NCBI RefSeq assembly: GCF_006345805.1
Contig: NW_021835089.1
Span: 1-50,638 of the forward strand
Direction of reading: 5' to 3'
Length of the DNA: 50,638 bases
Source: Octopus sinensis
Taxonomy: Eukaryota
Shown here piece by piece: positions 12,786-26,610 of this stretch. Both the position numbers and the translations under genes were made by a program. Under the pieces are notes generated by a model. That model was given only the letters and a program-made list of their open reading frames with translations, did not search any database and was not told where the DNA came from. The first letter of the stretch is position 1, and each line of letters starts with the position of its first letter.

Positions 12786-13722
12786 ATAAGTGCGTATGTG
12801 TGAATGTGAGCAACATTTATTTGTACTATCGTATGGATAATCATCTAAAGAATATAAATGAAATTGCAGTCAATCTCGACGTCACTTGTCTACCAGTAAG
12901 ACGAATTAGTAGTTAATATAAGTGACGATGCTAACACTAAGTGGAGAGCTAATTTTGGCTGAGCTAAAATTAAATACAAATCCAAGATTATGAGTCATTT
13001 TCTTTCTTTGTAATATATAACAACCACACCCATAGAGCCGATGTTTATTCCTTTCTGTCCTATTTCCCATCCCGCGCCTATCTACCTCATCCGCCACACC
13101 CTTGCATCACCTCCATTAACCTCTCAACATCTTACATCTCTATCGTTCTATAACTTTTTTTCATATGGTGTCTTTTAACATCAGTCTTTCTCTCTCTTTC
13201 TCTTTCTCTCTCTCTCTCTCTGTCTTCTCTCTCCATCATTCTCACCCTCGTCCCACCTCTCTCTCTCTCTTACACACCCTCTCTCGTCCCCTCTGTCTTT
13301 TTCTCTCTCTACCGCACTCTTCTTTCACATCTTTCCAGATTTGTCTTGTGTTCCTGCTTTTTTTAATTTTTTTCTTCGTATTTTTATTGCGCTTTCTTCA
13401 ATTCTACCGTTCTTCCCCACCCCTCTTATCCCTCTTCTTCTTCTGGGGTTTGTTGCCGTTTTTGTTGCTGTTGCAATTTTTGTTGTTTTGGTGGTGTTGT
13501 TGTTTGCCTTCTTCATCTTCTGTTTTTCATTTCTATCATTTGTTCTTTCCTCTGCTTTCTTCTTTTCATTAGATGTTTTTTTTTTCTTACAATCTTTTCT
13601 CTCTGAATCTAGCCAAAATTCTTGTTATCACTGCTGAAATATACATATAGATATGTGTGTGTGGATGTATGTATGTATATATATATATATAAAGAGAGAG
13701 ACAGATGATAGATAGATAGATT

Positions 13723-13806
<84 letters not shown>

Positions 13807-13977
13807 CAGATACATAGAAGGAGATATGAGTGTGTGTGTATAAATATATATGTATTATGTATAGCATATATATATATATGTGTGTATGTATGTATGTATG
13901 TATGTAGGTATGTATGTATGTATGTATGTATGTATGTATGTATGTATGTATGTATGTATGTAGTATGTATGTATCAC

Positions 13978-14345
13978 AGGCGCAGCCGTTTCTGTCTGGG
14001 AAGAAACTTCCTTCCCAGCCACATGGTTCCGGGTTCAATCCCACAGCATGGCACGTTGGGAAAGTGTCTTCTTCTATAGCATCGGGCTGACCAATGCCTT
14101 GCGAGTGGATTTGGTAGACGGAAACTGAAAGAAGCCCGTCGTGTATATAAATGCATATATATATATATATATATGCATATGTTTATGTGTCTGTGTTTGT
14201 TCCTACTGCATAAGAGGTTCGGCAAGAGAGACCAATAGAGTAAGCACAAGATTTACAAAGAAAAAGTCCTGGGGTTGATTTCTTCGACTAGTGCTGGCGC
14301 TCTAGCATGGCAACAATCAAAGAAAGAAATAAAAGAATAAAAGAG
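13978..14345 (+). mobile_element. SINE family C, near full length
   Basis: Head with B box GGTTCAATCCC, gagtggatttggtagacggaaactgaaagaagcccgtcg, internal (TA)n, tail aagtcctggggttgatt..ctagcatggc..aaaagaataaaaga. Confidence 0.9.
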
Positions 14346-14689
14346 TAGTTATATATATTTATGTATGTGCATGTCTGTATATGTATGCATAATATATATA
14401 TATATATATATACATACGAGCAAAACGCCCCCTTCCAATGGACGGTGCTGAGTTGTCAAACATTTAAACCAAATTTTCTCAAAACAACTTGGCCGACCGT
14501 CCCATAGGCCTCCCCTTTGGGAAACACTGATTTAACCTAAATTTGAAACACCAGCAAAAAAAAGAAATAAAGATAGAGTTTTTTCTTTTCCAAAGAAAAC
14601 GATTTTACTCACACAAATATGCAACCGAAGCGTTTAACATACCAGTAAGTACATCGCAACAGCTGATGTACTTGCGCGTACAAATGCAC

Positions 14690-14877
14690 GTTCTTACGGC
14701 TTTATCGATCGCATTCTCACCTGGAATCAGTTTTTGTAATATTTTCAAGACTTATACATATACACACCCTGATTCCGTCGGTATCTACACATCAAATTTA
14801 AGCGCAATCGAATGGAGGATGCCCGAGATCCTAGAAGACACACAAACAGACAGACAGAACGGATTTTATATAATAGA
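14690..14877 (-). mobile_element. Non-autonomous Helitron-like element, 5' part
   Basis: Minus strand starts A|TCTATTATATAAAATCCGTTCTGTCTGTCTGT (5' TC after A, internal (CTGT)n), an architecture like Lep1-type Helitron MITEs; 3' CTAG/hairpin not found. Confidence 0.5.
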
Positions 14878-14906
14878 TGAAACATGTATGTATATATGCA
14901 TATATA

Positions 14907-14966
<60 letters not shown>

Positions 14967-15696
14967 TATATATATATTATATATATATATACGTATATAT
15001 AAGTATATACATCCATACATATGCTCGTATATGTATTTACCACACGCACATACACGCTGATACACTCACCTAAGTACATTGGTGTCCTGCAGTATTCCTG
15101 TATCGTACTTGTACCATTATAGGCGTATGTTCTCAGATGTCACTTTACATACAGCCAAATACATAGTTGGTAACACACGCTTCATTTATTTGAACTTATA
15201 CTGTATACTGCAGGCGGTATATTGGCAAAATCGTTCGATCTTCCTATGTAATGGATGCTAGTATTTGTTCCGTCAGAGTTAATTTTATTTTTAATATGCT
15301 TGTGTGTACGTATATATAGAAACAAATTTACATATCCTTACGGCTTTAAATAGTAGCTTTGTATGTTTCTTTTCATGTAGATTCCCCTCTCGGCCAATTT
15401 ACTAAAATTCAAACTGTGATTGGATTATCGTTAAAGAGACGGCTGCATGGTAAATGATTCTGAATTCAGATGTTTTACTTATCCAATTGAGGGAACTTCA
15501 CAAATGACAATAAATGAGATGAGATGGAGACGAATTAAGCGACCTCGATTCTAATTTTGAATTTTCTTTTTTGAATGTTAAGCAATATATTTTATATAAG
15601 CGAAATTCAAAGAAGTATAAATTGTAAAAAATAATTATCGTTGCAATATCAATTTTAATAAATATTTGTCACGATTGGTACAAATGTCATAGATTC

Positions 15697-15697
<1 letters not shown>

Positions 15698-15763
<66 letters not shown>

Positions 15764-15764
15764 T

Positions 15765-15830
<66 letters not shown>
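15698..15830. repeat. (GATA)n at the 3' end of the Tx1-like LINE
   Basis: Direct inspection. Confidence 0.97.
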
Positions 15831-15831
<1 letters not shown>

Positions 15832-17488
15832 TGTTTCTTTATTCGCCACACAGGGCTGCACACAGACAGAACAAATTACAAGGTAGAGCTTTTCTTTTGG
15901 GGGTAAAAAAAAAGGGGGTTGGTTTTCGATCAAAAGGGATCGTAAAAGGAAAGAAAGAGGACAAAAATAGGGGAGGATTTTTTAAAAAAAGGGGGAGAGG
16001 GGATCGTAAAAGGGAAGAAAAGATTTTTAAAAATTAATAAAAAAAAGGAAAAGGAACAAAAGAAAAGAGAAATGAAAAAAGAAGAAAAAAGGGGAAGAGG
16101 AAAAAAACGATCAATAGGGATCGTGTATCACAGTGTTATGATATATGGTGTAAAGGGGAAAGCAAGTAAGGTTTATCCGTGGGAAGAAAAGCCTACGAAA
16201 AAGACCACGGTAACCTTGGTCAATATTGTTATATGTTACCACATTTGTTTGCAAGTGGGTAACCTCTTGTTTTCAATTTCTGGGTTCATAGGATTATGCT
16301 CAAGGTGGCTTCGTCATTCATACGTGCCATCCTTGCTACATTCACCCATCTTTTTTTAAAACATTCGCTAGACAAAACTTGCCTCTCTACTCTCACTTTC
16401 CTTTTCAAGTGGGACTTGAAGAAGTTGATGAGAGATTGACCAGAGAGGAAAGTGTTTGTCTCCAATCCTTTCAGACGCGTCCGCCAGATACATTCTTTCG
16501 CCATAGCCACAAGGATGATGAAAATAGCTCTTCCTTCCCGTTTGAAGGAAGGAGGCGTGACAATATTGACGATAGACTCAGCTGATAAACCGACTCGTCC
16601 CACACATGACAGCAGTTGTTCGACATAAGCCCAGAGGTCGGAAATTGTTGGACACTGCACGAGTGCGTGCAGAACGGTTTCGTCGCTCTGACCGCATCTC
16701 GGGCAGGTCGGCCCCGTGTTTCTCGAGCCGTATCTGTAGATCTTATCCCGAACGGGTAGCGCTTCTCGGTAGCACTGTCAGGCCAGGGATCTCTGGAAGT
16801 TGTCCATGGGCCCTGGCCCGAAACTCGTCCCGTATAGGCGGGTCAGGTACTCCTCGTCGACGTCCAGGTTCGCCTCGAGCTCGTCGTCGTACCTCCCCTC
16901 CACGAATCCCCTATAGAATGCTTTGGTTGTGATGAAGTCACTCAAGGTCGACCCAGGACGGCAGAGTTGCTTGAGAGCAACGCGACACTCGCGGTGCCAT
17001 TCTCCCTTCCTCGGCCTCTTTTTGATCCACGACTGCAGTTCGGTCATGGAGACGAGCTGCGGGAAAGCGTGCCTCACAAATGGCGACCACACCTGTTCAC
17101 CGTCGTCTACGAAGAGCCTGAGATGTCGCAATCTCAGCGCGTGTCTGCGCATCATCAACCACATCATGCCCAGTCCTCCTTTTAACGAGTGTTGACAGCA
17201 AATGGATCGCCTGACCATCGGGACGCATCCTTTCCACAAGAAGCGAAAGAGAATGCGTTGTAGTTTGGTGATGGTAGGGTCGGGACAAGGCACGACGGTC
17301 AGGCGGTAGTAGATGACGGACGCGATGTACGTGTTCGCCACCTCCGCCCGACCTTTTAGGGACAGTTTCCTCTCGGCCCATTGCCGGGCGGGAGTGACCA
17401 CCCTACTCGTTATCTCGTTCCAGTTCTTCTCCACTTTGAGGTCCGGACCAAACCAGACCCCGAGCAACTCAACCGGACCGTCGGTCAC
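15831..17488 (-). mobile_element. Tx1/L1-clade non-LTR retrotransposon, 5'-truncated (copy 1)
   Basis: ORF2 C-terminal half plus pyrimidine-rich 3' UTR ending AATAAAGAAACAT(ATCT)n. Confidence 0.93.
16286..17488 (-). pseudogene. Tx1/L1-type ORF2 (RT thumb to zf-RVT CCHC region), one premature stop at 16778-16780
   Basis: VELLGVWFG..W...KLSLKGRAEVAN..FLWKG..GGLGM..FQRSLA*QCYREALPV..CPRCGQSDETVLHALVQCP; the stop is TGG (Trp) in copy 2. Confidence 0.92.
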
Positions 17489-18559
17489 ATACATACATAC
17501 ATACATACATACATAAATACATACATACATAGATAAATAGAGAGAGACTAGAGAAGAGAGAGAGAGAGAGATTACATACACTTGCCACACTCACACTTTC
17601 CTGTACAATCATGCAAAGGCATGTGCATAAACGTATATGCATACATGCATACATATATATATATGCACACATGTATGTATATGTAGTGTATCTTAACGAA
17701 TCGAAGAGTAGATTCTCTAATATGGACCAATAAAATCTGAGTCACCCGACTACGGTCACGTGGTGCTAAATAATGAATACCTTATGTGTGTTTGCAACAG
17801 CTGCTCGGCCGTTTGTGATTAACCTCCTCTCAACCTATTCCTGAGAGCATTTGGTGGTTCTGTGCGTAATCTTGCTTCACATTCTTCCGTCCTGGACGTC
17901 TAACTTTTTACAGACCGGTCGGTGTAGACTCTCTTGCCTTAGACCGACGTTGACGTGCCAGCTTATACCAAAATGGCCCAGTTCATCCGACATGTTTGTC
18001 AATGCACCTAACTTGAACAGCTGAAGTACTCAAGGGCCTGAACGTAAAGAAAGTGATAGAAGCACGTCCTTTACCTATTAAGAATGTAAATCACAACATT
18101 TCCTATGGGTGGCCATGTCCTTTAACCATTAAGCCCAATCTGCTGTATATTCAAGCTATCTCTCCCCAGCAAAAGCGACCAAAATCGGCTTCACTAGCAC
18201 CGATTGGGGTGCGTTCACCTTGTTATACACATCTCAAATGAGATTCTTTGAATCTCACATATCTGCGCCCCTAACCACACAGATAAAGGCAAATGACAGC
18301 GTTTTGGAGGGGAAACTTAATCAATTATTAAACACCGTGATGAAGAGAGACATGAGCGCAAGATTGTCTATAGTATTACTCTTAAATGTTTCTTTTCTCA
18401 TAAGCACGATAATCCATTCACAACACAGCATGAAATGTTCCCTGACTGCTAAAGTTATGATATTTGTCATCTTAGAGTAAGGCCATGCGAACTGGCCGTT
18501 GTACAATTACTGACAGATACTACTATTATCAAATTGTTGCAAAACTCTACATTTAAGTG

Positions 18560-19090
18560 GAACGTCATCGTATGCTATCGTATACTTTGACTGTGTGGTC
18601 GTTTGGCCATATATATCAATGTCTTTCTGCTCTCCTAGTCGGCAAAATTAAAGCCATTCCACAATTTGATGCTGCAAGCTCATCTTTCCATTGTCCAACT
18701 TTTATAGTGCCTTGCAGGACTGTCTTTTCTAGGCTGGAACTTATTTTGACATGGCCGTAGCATTTCATTTACCTTCTCTTTACACTTATCAACAGATCCT
18801 TCTATGATCTGAGAGGTTGGATCTTTCTCATTCCCACTTCAAGCTAGACACCAAAACCCACAACCATCTCACTGTAAATAACTCCAACCATTTGTGTGTA
18901 TTCCTGCTGGGAAAACTGCATTCGTCTGCCTAAAAATTACACTGTACACATCCATCGTGGTTTATCAAAGAGTAATTGAAAATTTCAATGTGTATCAACA
19001 CCTTTGCCACTCGAGAACGTTGAACAGCTTTCGTGCCTCTTGGCTAGGAGCACGTGCCTTAGCTCAGACATCACAGAGCCCAGTGGGATG
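18560..19090 (-). mobile_element. RTE-clade LINE 3' fragment, old
   Basis: Minus translation LLISVKRR*MKCYGHVKISSSLEKTVLQGTIK resembles the RTE C-terminal KRRKLKWYGHV..KTILQG motif; LGSVMS near 19080. Confidence 0.7.
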
Positions 19091-19467
19091 AAAGCATAGA
19101 AAATAAACAAGACAAGCTAACTGCTACTCGGTATTTATGCCACGCCCCGTCTGACTATAACAAAGATAAGTAGAGAACTGCGTATTCGCTTCATGTGGCT
19201 CAGATACAAAAAATATTAGATCATACAACGAAGCAAATTTTGTAACACAATCTTACATACATATATACAATTATATCTTGAGGAAATTCGGTCGAAATAA
19301 GTTTTTAAAAATAATTGAAGTAATTTGAAATTACTCAAACCAAACAGTTTTTCTCTCTTTTTCTCCTTTCTTTGTCTTTGTCTTTCTTTCTCCTCCTCTA
19401 TTTGATTTTCCCACTTAATTTCAGTTTCTATCACTTTGCACATGTACATATGCATATGTTTGATAGC

Positions 19468-19506
<39 letters not shown>

Positions 19507-19612
19507 AGCACACACTCACACCACATATATACATATGCTTATATGTATGTATATGCATATATATACATATACATACAATATGTGTATGTATGTATATATA
19601 TAGTAATATATT

Positions 19613-19687
<75 letters not shown>

Positions 19688-19719
19688 TATATATATATTA
19701 TATATATATATATATATAT

Positions 19720-19900
19720 CAATGCAAAGATCTGGAAATAGAGGTAACACGTATGTGGAGTGTGGTTTTTTGTGATTTCTGGGAAGGATTTGGTCGTGTG
19801 ATGAAGTTCAAAATCCTTCAGTCTCTGCTTTGAGTCCTGTGCTTCTCATCCACTGTTGGGTTTCATGCACATCTGTTGTTAGATAGATCAGATCACTTAT
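19720..19900 (-). mobile_element. R4/Dong-clade LINE fragment
   Basis: Minus translation ETQQWMRSTGLKAETEGF*TSSHDQ, equivalent to the R4-type WL..GLKxETEG..AQDQ motif. Confidence 0.7.
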
Positions 19901-20204
19901 GACAAGACACCCGAATGAAATTCTATAGCCTTAATATATGAACCAGGGTTTTTTGTTAGTTGCTAGAGATTGATCAACTTTTTCCACATGCTTGATGAGG
20001 AATGGAGGGTCACCAATCGGCTAACCCCTACTATATTGCGTTAGGTTAGATTAACAAAAAATTATTAGACTATCATGCTTACACTGAGATGTCAGTGGAT
20101 GGATGGATGGAGCTCATCCCTTCTTCTCTATATACTTTTCGTATTGCCTTATTTCTTTGTCCTTTTCATATAGATATATACATAACTTCTCGTTACTTAA
20201 AAAC

Positions 20205-20231
20205 TTATTATTATTATTATTATTATTATTA

Positions 20232-20274
<43 letters not shown>
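20205..20274. repeat. (ATT)n microsatellite
   Basis: Direct inspection; another at ~26005-26092. Confidence 0.97.
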
Positions 20275-20508
20275 TCAGCTAACACTGCAGAATTCCTGAA
20301 GTAGATCCAACGGAAATATACCCTGACAAAGTATGACATCACATCAGGTGGCTCAAACTGTGCCAGTGCTCTACTCAACAGTTCAACACACTCATCGACA
20401 TATATCCATTAGTTCAAAATCTCAAATATATATATTATATATTATATATATATATATAATACATATACATATACATTATACATATACACATATATATATA
20501 TATAATAA

Positions 20509-21302
20509 CAATAATAACAAAGGGTAAAATTAATTAATTAAGAAGTAATCAATAATTTCACCAAGTAGAATTCGGCATGAAAAAGGACCATTTCACGGTA
20601 AACTTAAGTAATACTTTATAATTAGGGTTCAGCAAAGATTTGCTTTACCACATACCGAAGTTTAGAAATAGCAGCCAAAAAACCTTCGCTATTTCTTCTA
20701 CTTTGAAAACCAAAATACTTGAAAACAATCCACGCAGGCAGAGAGGGAAAATAACGAAAATCAATCTATATCTGGTCACCCATGTACGCGCGTTTCGGAA
20801 TTAGATCGGTATAAAGAATATAGAATTATACTTTACCCACCCATTTTCTCCATCGGCATGGGACTCCAACAATATTAAATATTAAAAATATTAAATTCGA
20901 AGGTACTGGAAGGATTGAACATATCTCTCCACCTAACGATATCAGACAGATCATATTCAGTGTTAATACCGCCGAATTCAAAATACGAATGAGGTTCATC
21001 ACCTTCCCCTGCCCATCCGCGTGTGTGATCAAGTAAAATACTACAGAAAAATCTATAGTTTGTTATCAGGGAGAAAATTATGTTATCAATAATAACAAAG
21101 GGTAAAATTAATTAATTAAAAAGTAATCAATAATTTCACCAAGTAGAATGCGGCATGAAAAAGGACCATTTCACGGTAAACTTAAGTAATACTTTATAAT
21201 TACTTTTTGAAGTAGAAGAAATAGCTAAGGTTTTTTGGCTGCTATTTCTAAACTTCGGTATGTGGTAAAGCAAATCTTTGCTGAACCCTAATTATAAAGT
21301 AT
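20509..21302 (-). mobile_element. Penelope-like pLTR element with direct and inverted terminal repeats, flanked by (TA)n
   Basis: 20509-20624 is directly repeated at 21087-21202; 20611-20703 is inverted at 21210-21302; eroded hammerhead at 20775-20864. Confidence 0.8.
20775..20864 (-). ncRNA. Eroded type-I hammerhead ribozyme
   Basis: Minus: cccatg-CCGATGG-(long helix II)-GAAA-CGCGCG-TA-catggg; helix I cccatg/catggg, palindromic helix III ACGCGCGT, GUA triplet; core deviates at two positions. Confidence 0.6.
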
Positions 21303-21330
21303 ATATATATATATAGATAGATAGATAGAT

Positions 21331-22370
21331 GAGTTCCTTTATTGGCCACACAGCAGGGCTGCACACAGATGGGACAAGTTACAAGGTAGAGCTTTTCTTT
21401 TGGGGGAGAAAACAAAAGGTGGCGTAGGTTTTCGATCAAAAGGGATCGTAAAAGGGAAAAAAGAACAGAAAAAAAGAAGAAGAAAGGGAAAAGGAACAAA
21501 AGAAAAGAAAAATGAAAAAAGAAGAAAAAAGAGGGAAAAAGAGGAAGAGGAAACAACCGATCAATAGGGATCGTGTATCACAGTGTCATGATGTATGGTG
21601 TAAAGGGGAAAGCAAGTAAGGATTATCCGTGGGAAGAAAAGCCTACGAAAAAGACCACGGTAACCTTGGTCAATATTGTTATATGTTACCACATTTGTTT
21701 GCAAGTGGGTAACCCTCTGTTTTCAATTTCTGGGTTCATAGGATTATGCTCAAAGTGGCTTTGTCATTCATACGTGCCATTCTTGCTACATTCACCCATC
21801 TTTTTTAAAACGTTCGCTAGACAAAACTTGCCTCTCTACTCTCACTTTCCTTTTCAAGTGGTACTTGAAGAAGTTGATGAGAGGTTGACCAGAGAGGAAA
21901 GTGTTTGTCTCTAATCCTTTCAGACGCGTCCACCAGATACATTCTTTCACCATAGCCACAAGGATGATGAAAATAGCCCTTCCTTCCCGTTTGAAAGAAG
22001 GAGGCGTGACAATATTGACGATAGACTCAGCTGATAAACCGACTCGTCCCACACGTGACAGCAGTTGTTCGACATAAGCCCACAGTTCGGAAATTGTTGG
22101 ACACTGCACGAGTGCGTGCAGAACGGTTTCGTCGCTCAGACCGCATCTCGGGCAGGTCGGCCCCGTGTTTCTCGAGCCGTGTCTGTAGAGCTTATCCCGA
22201 ACGGGTAGCGCTTCTCAGTAGCACCGCCAGGCCAGGGATCTCTGGAAGTTGTCCATGGGCCCTGGCCCGAAAGTCGTCCCGAACAGGCGGGTCAGGTATT
22301 CTTCGTCGACGTCCAGGTTCGCCCCGAGCTCGTCGTCGTACCTCCCCTCCACTAATCCCCTATAGAATGC
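21331..22370 (-). mobile_element. Tx1/L1-clade LINE, 5'-truncated (copy 2), (GATA)n on both sides
   Basis: Highly similar to 15831-16921; 1-bp deletion in the T-run near 21801 frameshifts the C-terminus (FKKDG*). Confidence 0.93.
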
Positions 22371-23009
22371 TAGATAGATAGATAGATAGATAGATATACG
22401 ATGGATGGATGGATAGATAGATATGCATTTGTATATGCATGTATGTATTGCGACCTCAATTTCACGGTACTATTATCATTAGAACTCTTGTTCCTATAAT
22501 TTGGGCTTTTTAATACGTGTTGAAATGTGCTCGTTCTTTGAATGGGTGTCCATTTCATCCGCCTGTTTCTAAAAGTTGTTTATTAAGTTATTCTCTATAA
22601 ATATCTTCGTAACATTTGATAAATCGTTTGCCGCTTTAGTTTCATTAGTCATCGACAGTATAATTCCCAGATTGTCAACAAGCAAATAATGCATGTGTTT
22701 TGTATTTATATGGGGATATCACTTTCCATTGACGATCTCTCTATTTGCTTTGGCTCTATTAGTCGCTTTACTAATTGCAAAGTGTGTTGTTTTATTTTAA
22801 ACCATACCCTGTTAGCGGGTTGTTAGCGAGCTTCGTTCTATCTGCATACCGTAATATCTCAGTCGTATACTTGTATATTGTTTAGGCTAAATTTAGTGGC
22901 TCGTAACAAAACACTTCCTTAACACTAATCAACAAATATTTATGAAACAATGTGTTTCATATTCTTGTAAGTGTATACATACATAAATACACAAACACAA
23001 ACGCATACG

Positions 23010-23200
23010 CTTTACTCTTTACTCTTTTACTTGTTTCAGTTATTTGACTGCGGCCATGCTGGATCACCGCTTTTAATCGAGCAAATCGACCCCCAGGTCT
23101 TTGTAAGCCTAGTACTTATTCTGTCGGTCTCTTTTGCCGAACCGCTAGTTACGGGGACGGAAACACACTAGCATCAGTTGTCAAGTGATTTGGGGGGGGG
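23010..23200 (-). mobile_element. SINE family C 3' half
   Basis: tttacttgtttcagttatttgactgcggccatgctgg..ttgtaagcctagtacttattctgtcggtctcttttgccgaaccgcta. Confidence 0.85.
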
Positions 23201-23429
23201 GGCAAATACACAATACATATTCATATATATGTATGTATGTATGTATATATGTATGTAAGTATATATATATGTGTATGTATGTAAGTATATATTATGTATA
23301 TATGTATGTATTTATATATATATATGTATTATATGTATTTATATATATATATTTATTTATATATATATATATATATATAATATATATATATATATATCTA
23401 TATATATATATATATATAGATAGATAGAT

Positions 23430-23479
<50 letters not shown>

Positions 23480-23837
23480 GCGTGAGTGTGTGTGTGTGTG
23501 TGTGTATAACAACTCATAAACCGACGGGTGACATGTTGTCCCACATTTCATTTATATGTCTCCGGAATATTCCACGTGATCACTGCAGATTAATACCAAT
23601 TAATTACGCAACGAACAACAGAAGACATCCTGCATTCGTGATGTCACGTCTGAGACTCTACGATAAATTCATTTCAAAAATTAGATCCTTAAATCTACGG
23701 TTGACTAACATGTTTTTTTCAATATTCAACCGAAATTCAAAAGCATATGCATATGTGTGTGTGTGTGTATGTGTGTGTGTATGTGTTTGTGTGTACATTT
23801 ACATGAATATACACACATACACATATAAATATGCATA

Positions 23838-23873
<36 letters not shown>

Positions 23874-24125
23874 CTGGGCGAATATGTAATCCATTGTAAT
23901 CCTTCTCTACAAACATCGTTTTAGCGTCCAATTAATGTACATCATAATTGATACTATCTGTAACTCCTTGTTTATATTAGTTGTATTTGTATATAATGCA
24001 TACGTATATGAATTTAATTTTCTGGAATTCATATCTATTTTAGGAAAATGGTATAAAGAATGGTACAAAAAAATGTTTATGCTTTTCGTTCATGTATTAT
24101 TATTTTTATCCTTTTATCTTTACAG

Positions 24126-24140
24126 TGCTTGTCGTTGTCG
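24126..24140 (+). CDS. Candidate 15-nt symmetric microexon
   Basis: Long polypyrimidine acceptor tttttatccttttatctttacag, then TGCTTGTCGTTGTCG, then a perfect GTAAGT donor; no stop in any phase. Confidence 0.45.
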
Positions 24141-25261
24141 GTAAGTTTCGTAATTCTTTGAAATCTGAAGAAAATTCTAGGAGAATGTTGCAGAAGAAAT
24201 GTCATGGCCATGTTTTCGTCAATTACTTAAACCTTCATAAAAGCAACGCAAAAATTACAAGTAAATCTACCTGCATTTACCCGTCAAATTACGTCAGCTT
24301 CCCAATGTCTGTCCTAAATTTCCCTACATCCATCCTAGCTTCCTAATCTAGGTCGGGCCAATCCCTTTGGTAAAGCGTCAGAAGTTTAGAGGGTTTGGTT
24401 TGGGTGTTCGGGGTGGTTCAGAAATGATGGGATCAGACAAGTCTTACTGGGTGGCCCCCTCCTTCTACAGCCCAACACGTATTTAAACAAATCTATAGGG
24501 GATTAATGCTTGATGTTTGATGCAAGATGTGAAAAGGAATAAATACATTACGATGCCACAAACACATGGTGCCTATAAGTAAAGACAAAGACACACACAG
24601 TCTCGCACAAATGTATATACTTGCATACATATATATGTATGTGTGTGTGTGTGTGTGTATAAATATATACATATATATATGAATATATGTATATTATATA
24701 CATATACGTATATATATATGTATGTATATTTATATATATATATACATATGTATACATACATACATATATCCGTGTGTATATAAACAAACATATATATACA
24801 TATATGTATATATGTATGTATATATAAAATCATATAGATATATACATATATATGAATTTGTATTTATGTCTTTATATGAATTCGTATGTTTATGCCCATA
24901 TATAGTCTTATAAGTTTGTTTAGATATATGTACTTATACGTATGTTGTTAAATATATCATTGACACAAAGATTTTTACATGTATGTATATATATATATAT
25001 ATATAGTTATATATCTATATTTATAATTATACATATTAATGTATATATATATGTGTGTGTGCGTGTGGTATGTGTATAAATTACACATATGTACATATAT
25101 GTATAAGTACACTAAATATACACCTACATAATTTCAAATACAGACGCAAACATGCGCATAGGTTTATGTCTATGAGTGTGGGTGTGTGGGCGGGTGTTCG
25201 TGTGTATGTGTGCATGTGCGTGCTTAAACGCATATAATCCCTGTATGTATTTAATATGCCC

Positions 25262-25612
25262 AGAGGCGCTGCCCAACCAGATGGTTCCTAGTTCATTGGT
25301 ACTTTGAGCTCGCACTTTTTATTATAGCCTGAAACCTTGTGATTTCACTTGTTAAACAGAAAGAAATCCGTCATATATACTTATAACTTTCTTTTTTCTA
25401 TCGTTTACTTGTTTCAGTCATTAGCCTGCGGCCAAACTTGGAATCGCCCAATGAAGAGTTTTTAGTCGAATGAACCAACATTTTATAGAACTTGTATTTT
25501 CAAAGCCTAGTATATAATCTATCGATATTTTTCGTCCAATTCCTAAGTTACGGGAACATAAAGATGCCATCACCTGCCATCAAGGGATGACGGGGGCAAA
25601 CACACAGACCCA
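25262..25612. mobile_element. SINE family C remnant with 5' half on + (25262-25375) and 3' half on - (25395-25612)
   Basis: Head aaccagatggttcctagttca..gaaagaaatccgtcata is in + orientation; tail tttacttgtttcagtcattagcctgcggcc..taagttacggga is in - orientation. Confidence 0.6.
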
Positions 25613-25704
25613 AACATCTACACACACACACGTAATATTATATATAATGTAATTGTGGTGTATGTAAATATGTATAGGTATATATATATATAATATATAT
25701 ATAT

Positions 25705-25780
25705 ATAATCAAAATAAGCAACAAGGATATCCAAGGGTAGAGTAGTACAATTGTTTCATGCTACTTCATTATATTAAACA
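25705..25780. mobile_element. Terminal fragment of the Penelope-like family seen at 38923-39187
   Basis: tataatcaaaataagcaacaaggatatccaagggtagagtagtacaattgtttcatgctacttcatt matches the 38923 arm; embedded in (TA)n. Confidence 0.8.
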
Positions 25781-26025
25781 CATACATATATATATGTATG
25801 TGCGTATATGTATATATATGTATAAATACATACATATATATATAATATATACATATATATATATGTATGTATGTATATATATATAATTTAGAGAAAAACA
25901 TCAATTAAACAATTCAATAATGAAAGATGTTATTCACACCATTTAGAAAACGTATGCTATAAAAGCCTTATTCTAAAACTCAATAAGTTTTGGAATTATA
26001 TTTCTTATTATCATTATTATTATTA

Positions 26026-26094
<69 letters not shown>

Positions 26095-26610
26095 CATCAT
26101 CATCATCATCATTACTATTATATAAATAGATAGACAGATAGATAGATATACAAATATATGTATATATGTATAAAACAGTATTTATATCTATGAATATGCA
26201 TAGAAACATAGATATGCGCATCCGAAATAAGTTGCCTTCAGTAAACGTGAATATACAAAATCGCTTGCAAACACACAAGAAACAACAGTACATAAGTAAA
26301 AATAGATACAGAGCCAGTGCAAAGTACCAAATCAGCATCTAGTGACATAAGAGAGAAGGTCAGTCATAATATATTTATGTAAACATGGTGAGTCAATAAA
26401 TCATTTTGAAACAATTATATCGATGTTTTCAGCTCAAATTCTTGGTTACTTCATCAAGTGCTTTTTACGATGAAGTACGCCTTGTGATTGTAGTGTGTGT
26501 ATATGTGTGTGTATTTGTGTGCCTAAGTCCGTATATACATACACACCACATACACACACATTCGCACACACACATATATATATATATATATAATTATATA
26601 CTTTATTTGT

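Noticed and set aside
15069-15260. Minus-strand exon ending at AG|GTGAGT
   Set aside because: All three frames have stops shortly upstream and no convincing acceptor was found.
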